Below, piece by piece: positions 59,838-64,000 of a stretch of 64,000 nt of DNA. The stretch comes from an uncultured Leptospiraceae bacterium (GTDB lineage Bacteria; Spirochaetota; UBA4802; UB4802), in NCBI GenBank assembly GCA_964486725.1, contig CAZAOK010000006.1, forward strand, positions 1,121-65,120, given 5' to 3'. The notes under the pieces were generated by a model. It saw nothing but the letters and a program-made list of their open reading frames with translations, was not told the origin of the DNA and searched no databases. Each line of letters starts with the position of its first letter. The first letter of the stretch is position 1. Made by a program: the position numbers and the translations under genes.

Positions 59838-60718
59838 TCTTCTTTAGACTCCAACAGGTTTAGAAGTTCCCTGTCCGGCTCCTTTTTGATTACAAAGACC
59901 TGTTCTATCCGATCATAATCGATAAAAGGCTGAATAACTATTCTCTGAAAAGAGCCCGATTCTGATACGAAACTCTTTAACGCTCTACCCACGACCAGGC
60001 CCTGAGGAAATATTCCCGCCTGACCGGAAGAAATAACCACGTCCCCCCTGTCCACCCGGGAACGTTTATCAACATAGTCCACCACACACATCTTGGAATT
60101 AGCGGCATATCCACTTAGAAGTCCGGGGTTTCTGGTCTTTTGAAACAGCACCCCCATTTTCATATCAGGCGAGATCACCGGCATGATTCTTGACACTGAC
60201 CAGCGTACTTCTATCACCTTTCCAACCACGGCTTTTTGTTCTCCGGAGAAAGCAACAACCGGCATATTTATCTTGACACCATCTCTAGAGCCCCTGTTGA
60301 TAATAATGGTTCTAAACCAGTTATCCGGATCTTTTGATATTATTTCAGCGGGAATAGACTCAAGTTCAAGCCTCTCCTTCATATTAAGAATTGAACGCAA
60401 CCGGTCATTTTCTTTTTTTATTTCAGAAACTTCTTCGGCCATTGACTCGTATTTTTGAAGTTTCATACGTGTTTGTTGCAACTCATCCCTGACCTCGTTT
60501 AACTCGGTAAACCCGGCCCACAGGAGGGAAATACCATTCTGCACAGAGTTGTACAGTTTCTGGAAGGGCATGGTAACAAGATTACCTGCTCCTTCCACCG
60601 TACCGGTAAAACCGGTTGACTGTACTGACAGGGAAATGAAACAAAAAAGGGTAAAGAAAACAAACGCTACAATTGTTTTATTTCGTACAAAAAAATCCAC
60701 CAGTAACCCGACCTTCAA
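59834..60718 (-). CDS. mreC: rod shape-determining protein MreC
   Basis: N-terminal TM, coiled-coil, beta domains. Confidence 0.8.
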   Translation of the reverse strand: MKVGLLVDFFVRNKTIVAFVFFTLFCFISLSVQSTGFTGTVEGAGNLVTMPFQKLYNSVQNGISLLWAGFTELNEVRDELQQTRMKLQKYESMAEEVSEIKKENDRLRSILNMKERLELESIPAEIISKDPDNWFRTIIINRGSRDGVKINMPVVAFSGEQKAVVGKVIEVRWSVSRIMPVISPDMKMGVLFQKTRNPGLLSGYAANSKMCVVDYVDKRSRVDRGDVVISSGQAGIFPQGLVVGRALKSFVSESGSFQRIVIQPFIDYDRIEQVFVIKKEPDRELLNLLESKEE

Positions 60719-60736
60719 GTATTAACAAGTACATCA

Positions 60737-61762
60737 TTATTTCAGGTTAGACCTGTAAAGATGTTTTAATTCTTCAAGAAATTTTCCGGCACCAAGCACA
60801 ACGCAGGTCAAAGGATTTTCAGCACGTATAACAGGAACACCTGTTTCCTTGCTTATATACTTATCAAGTCCTTTCAGCAGTGAGCCGCCACCGGTCATCA
60901 CAATACCCCTTTCGACGATATCAGCAGCCAGTTCCGGGGGTGTTTTTTCCAGGGTATGCTTTATCGCGTCAAGTATCTGGTCTACCGGTTCTTTGAGAGC
61001 CTTCCGAATTTCAGAGGTATCAATTTCCAGCGTCCGTGGTAAACCGGAAATGGCATCACGACCCTTCAGCTCCATTGTATCGATCTTCTTCTCTGGAAAA
61101 GCATTCCCTATTCTAAACTTAACCTCTTCTGCCATTCGCTCACCAATAACCAGGTTGTACTGCGTTCTCATGTACTTAATAACTGCCTCGTCAAACTCAT
61201 CACCTGCCACCCTGATTGAATCAGCAATAACCATGCCACCCAGGGATATAACGGCGATCTCGGTAGTACCACCGCCAATATCCACTATAAGATGACCCGC
61301 GGGTTCATGAATAGGAATATTGGCACCAATAGCGGCCGCGAGAGCTTCTTCGATAAGAAATATTTCACGGGCACCGGCCTGTTCGGCAGATTCACGCACA
61401 GCCCGCTTTTCTACCTCGGTAATACCCGACGGTACACCAATAACAACACGGGGTCTGACAAGAGCCTTTCTTTTATGCACTTTTGTAATAAAATAACGAA
61501 TCATTTTTTCAACTGTTTCAAAATCAGCGATAACACCGTCTTTCATCGGGCGAATGGCGACGATATCTCCGGGAGTACGTCCAAGCATTCGTTTCGCTTC
61601 ATGCCCCACCGCAAGAACTTTTCCAGTACTTGTCTGCACAGCTACTACCGATGGCTCACTTAACACGATACCCTGCCCTTTTACATGAACAAGGGTATTT
61701 GCCGTACCCAGGTCAATCCCCATATCATTTGAGAACATACCAAAAAGTGAATCAAATATCAT
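60737..61762 (-). CDS. mreB: rod shape-determining protein MreB
   Basis: DLGTANTLV ... actin-fold motifs. Confidence 0.95.
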   Translation of the reverse strand: MIFDSLFGMFSNDMGIDLGTANTLVHVKGQGIVLSEPSVVAVQTSTGKVLAVGHEAKRMLGRTPGDIVAIRPMKDGVIADFETVEKMIRYFITKVHKRKALVRPRVVIGVPSGITEVEKRAVRESAEQAGAREIFLIEEALAAAIGANIPIHEPAGHLIVDIGGGTTEIAVISLGGMVIADSIRVAGDEFDEAVIKYMRTQYNLVIGERMAEEVKFRIGNAFPEKKIDTMELKGRDAISGLPRTLEIDTSEIRKALKEPVDQILDAIKHTLEKTPPELAADIVERGIVMTGGGSLLKGLDKYISKETGVPVIRAENPLTCVVLGAGKFLEELKHLYRSNLK

Positions 61763-61967
61763 TGCAAGTTTCCTCTTAATCTTTTATATATAGTCGCCAG
61801 GGCGATTCATTCTTCACTGAAGACAGAACATACGATTTTTTCTTCCATCTATTGGCCAAATTTGTCAAGCGAATATCTCACTTTATCAATTCTCATCAAT
61901 AAAATTACACTGATAGAAACAAATACCAGGCAGGTGAAACAATTGAACCCGGGGGAAGATTCAGAAA

Positions 61968-62972
61968 TTACATATGCTTCAAAAGCTTCTGAGCTTCCTT
62001 GTTCTCTGAATCCGTAACGAGGACTTCGCTTAAAATTGATCTCGCCCTGTTAACATTTCCCATGGCTGAATAATTTTTACCTATCCAGATTTTACATTGT
62101 GAATCCTGTGTATCAATATCAAGAGCATTTTGAAAATGCTCAAGGGATTCATTATATAACGACCTGGCAAAATAGATTTTCCCCAGGGCCACATGAATAT
62201 CCTTTATAGTATTACTGTCTTTTGAGTTATCCAGAATCTTCTTGTATTCCATTATAGCATTGGTATATTTATCAGCATGGGTGTACGCAGAAGCAAGAAA
62301 CAAACGACCATCACTGCTGTCAAAAATATTACCACAGGCTTTTAGCAGTTCAATCCCTTCTTCGATGTTATTACTTTTAATAGCTATAATTGAGTAAAAC
62401 CGTATATCCATGAATGAAAGTGTTCTATGGGGAGTCATAATTTTAAAGGCACACTGGTAAATATCTTCAATGGAATAAAAACGGTTATAGTAAAGCGACT
62501 TCACCAGCACCATACGCTGAGGATCACTTATTGCTGTTTTACCCCCCAGTGCGATTCCCTTGTTCATATATTTAATTGAATTATCAAAAGCCTGCCTGGA
62601 TGCCTCGGTCATGTTCTCCCTTATGGCCTCCCTGTCGAACAGCCTAACCATGGGCATGTTAACCAGGGCAGCTCCGTAATTGTAATAACATGAACCAAGA
62701 AGAAAATGAGCATCGGGGGATAGCGGGTGCTCCTGCGCATACCTGGATGCCGCCTCGCATAGTTTCTTTATGTTTTTTGCGCGTAGTTCGGCCTTCTGGA
62801 TATTGCCCGCTTCTTCTAATCGCTCTACAAGCTTACCATAGCTGAATTTCCAGAAAAAAACATATTGCCGGTTTGTATACCCCAGGTATCCCATGGAGGT
62901 AAGTATCAACAGCCATATAATGGCAATATAAATTCTTCGGTTGCTTTTTTTGGATTTATAACGATAATACAT
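61968..62972 (-). CDS. membrane-anchored TPR-repeat protein
   Basis: N-terminal TM; multiple TPR-like repeats. Confidence 0.55.
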   Translation of the reverse strand: MYYRYKSKKSNRRIYIAIIWLLILTSMGYLGYTNRQYVFFWKFSYGKLVERLEEAGNIQKAELRAKNIKKLCEAASRYAQEHPLSPDAHFLLGSCYYNYGAALVNMPMVRLFDREAIRENMTEASRQAFDNSIKYMNKGIALGGKTAISDPQRMVLVKSLYYNRFYSIEDIYQCAFKIMTPHRTLSFMDIRFYSIIAIKSNNIEEGIELLKACGNIFDSSDGRLFLASAYTHADKYTNAIMEYKKILDNSKDSNTIKDIHVALGKIYFARSLYNESLEHFQNALDIDTQDSQCKIWIGKNYSAMGNVNRARSILSEVLVTDSENKEAQKLLKHM

Positions 62973-62975
62973 GTT

Positions 62976-63635
62976 TTAAATACCTGTATTTATTAAACTG
63001 TCAAGTTGTGAAATTACATGGTCTGGCACACCGTTTGAATCCCTGAACAGTATTACACGGGCGGCATCCACGCTTTTCAAGGTCAATACTATATAATTTT
63101 TCCCAACATACACCCTGTCAATCTTATTAAAATCAAACCTGTATAATCGCTTACCCGCGTGTAAATTGATACCATCTTGAAATAATTCTATTGTTCCATC
63201 CCCTACCCTGGTAAAACGAGACACGTCCTCCACGTTAATATCCGTTTCTTGTCCTACACCCTCTACAGATATCCGCTCGGGGTCTTCATACAATATCACG
63301 TTGTTTACCGGGTGTTCTGTAACTGTATCGGCACTTTTATCATCATTTTCAACATGGATATCTTCAGCTTCATCCAGGTCTACAGAAAGTAAGTCCTCAT
63401 CACCAAGCAAGTCTTCGTGGTCAATCATGGTGAAATCATCAAACTCATCTTCCAGCTCCCGGGAAATAGCACCTGCATAAGAATCAGCATCATGTCCTGT
63501 ACTTTTAACTTCATCCATTGGTGGGACATATCTGTCTGAGGGAGGACGGGACCTGGTTATCTCGTTCTCAAAAAAGAGTGAATACAGCAACAGCACCACT
63601 CCGGAAACTACCAGCGCCATACTAGCATACAGCAT
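62976..63635 (-). CDS. hypothetical membrane-anchored protein with acidic linker
   Basis: N-terminal TM; Asp/Glu-rich stretch; C-terminal globular domain. Confidence 0.45.
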   Translation of the reverse strand: MLYASMALVVSGVVLLLYSLFFENEITRSRPPSDRYVPPMDEVKSTGHDADSYAGAISRELEDEFDDFTMIDHEDLLGDEDLLSVDLDEAEDIHVENDDKSADTVTEHPVNNVILYEDPERISVEGVGQETDINVEDVSRFTRVGDGTIELFQDGINLHAGKRLYRFDFNKIDRVYVGKNYIVLTLKSVDAARVILFRDSNGVPDHVISQLDSLINTGI

Positions 63636-63748
63636 ACGCGTATTAACCTTTATATTCAGATATTACAACACTTTCAGGACACAGCACGGAAAGAAATTTT
63701 CAAACATGAGGTTTGTAAAGTCAAGGATATTTCTTTTTCGAATCATCT

Positions 63749-64000
63749 TTAAGGATGCCAGAGTCCCACCTTCAGGTATGGCCGATCTTTCCATGGAAAA
63801 TCATCAGACTCGTTGGCAATAAAAAGCAGCTCCCAGCTGCCCGGGTGAAATGATCGGTACTCCTCTTCACTGACCGCAGCACTATTGACTGAAGTCAGTA
63901 TATATCCATCTTCACATAGCTTTGCAAGATGTGGAACAGTTCTACCAAAATCCTGTTGCACACTGAATGTTTTTTTCTTGTTCCTGGCAAATGTAGGAGG
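63749..64000 (-). CDS. hypothetical protein, C-terminal part (open to window end)
   Basis: Reading frame stays open past listed GTG to position 64000. Confidence 0.35.
   Translation of the reverse strand, partial: PPTFARNKKKTFSVQQDFGRTVPHLAKLCEDGYILTSVNSAAVSEEEYRSFHPGSWELLFIANESDDFPWKDRPYLKVGLWHP

Noticed and set aside
1-64000. tRNA, rRNA, tmRNA, RNase P and CRISPR arrays
   Set aside because: All intergenic regions over 80 bp were inspected. None showed cloverleaf-like GC stems with a TPsiC-type GTTC motif. None showed regularly spaced direct repeats of CRISPR size. The only repeats are the short heptamer/hexamer iterons described above.

Overview
This 64 kb window is a chromosomal segment of a Gram-negative, probably anaerobic bacterium with mixed GC content. 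It carries about 60 genes, mostly on the minus strand.

Housekeeping genes include hslO, hslVU, xerC, topA, dprA, pgsA/pgpA, rimO, lepA, folD, queC and the mreBCD-mrdA-rodA cluster.

Anaerobe-type redox and metabolic genes include:
- an aldehyde ferredoxin oxidoreductase (AOR)-family oxidoreductase next to an ELP3-like radical SAM gene;
- a tail-anchored pentaheme cytochrome c;
- a DUF3365-like CxxCH membrane protein;
- a short-form methionine synthase (MetH) preceded by an unannotated desulforedoxin-like 59-aa gene;
- a three-gene Qrc/Psr-type complex iron-sulfur molybdoenzyme (CISM) membrane complex, with a possibly decayed lipoprotein-cytochrome gene upstream.

Other notable genes are a TonB-ExbBD-TonB-dependent receptor (TBDR) operon, a LemA-TPM-TPM cassette, RtcB-archease RNA repair, bactofilin, an HD-GYP sensor and a response-regulator-PP2C phosphatase.

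The most unusual non-coding signal is a family of short iteron-built palindromic repeat elements. Two copies (36298-36415 and 55392-55488) carry a 4+4 array of CGCAAAG/CTTTGCG heptamers. Two sites are flanked by triplet ACAGAG terminal inverted repeats (55339-55533 and 40547-40686), which points to a MITE-like or regulator-binding element family.

No tRNA, rRNA or CRISPR was found.
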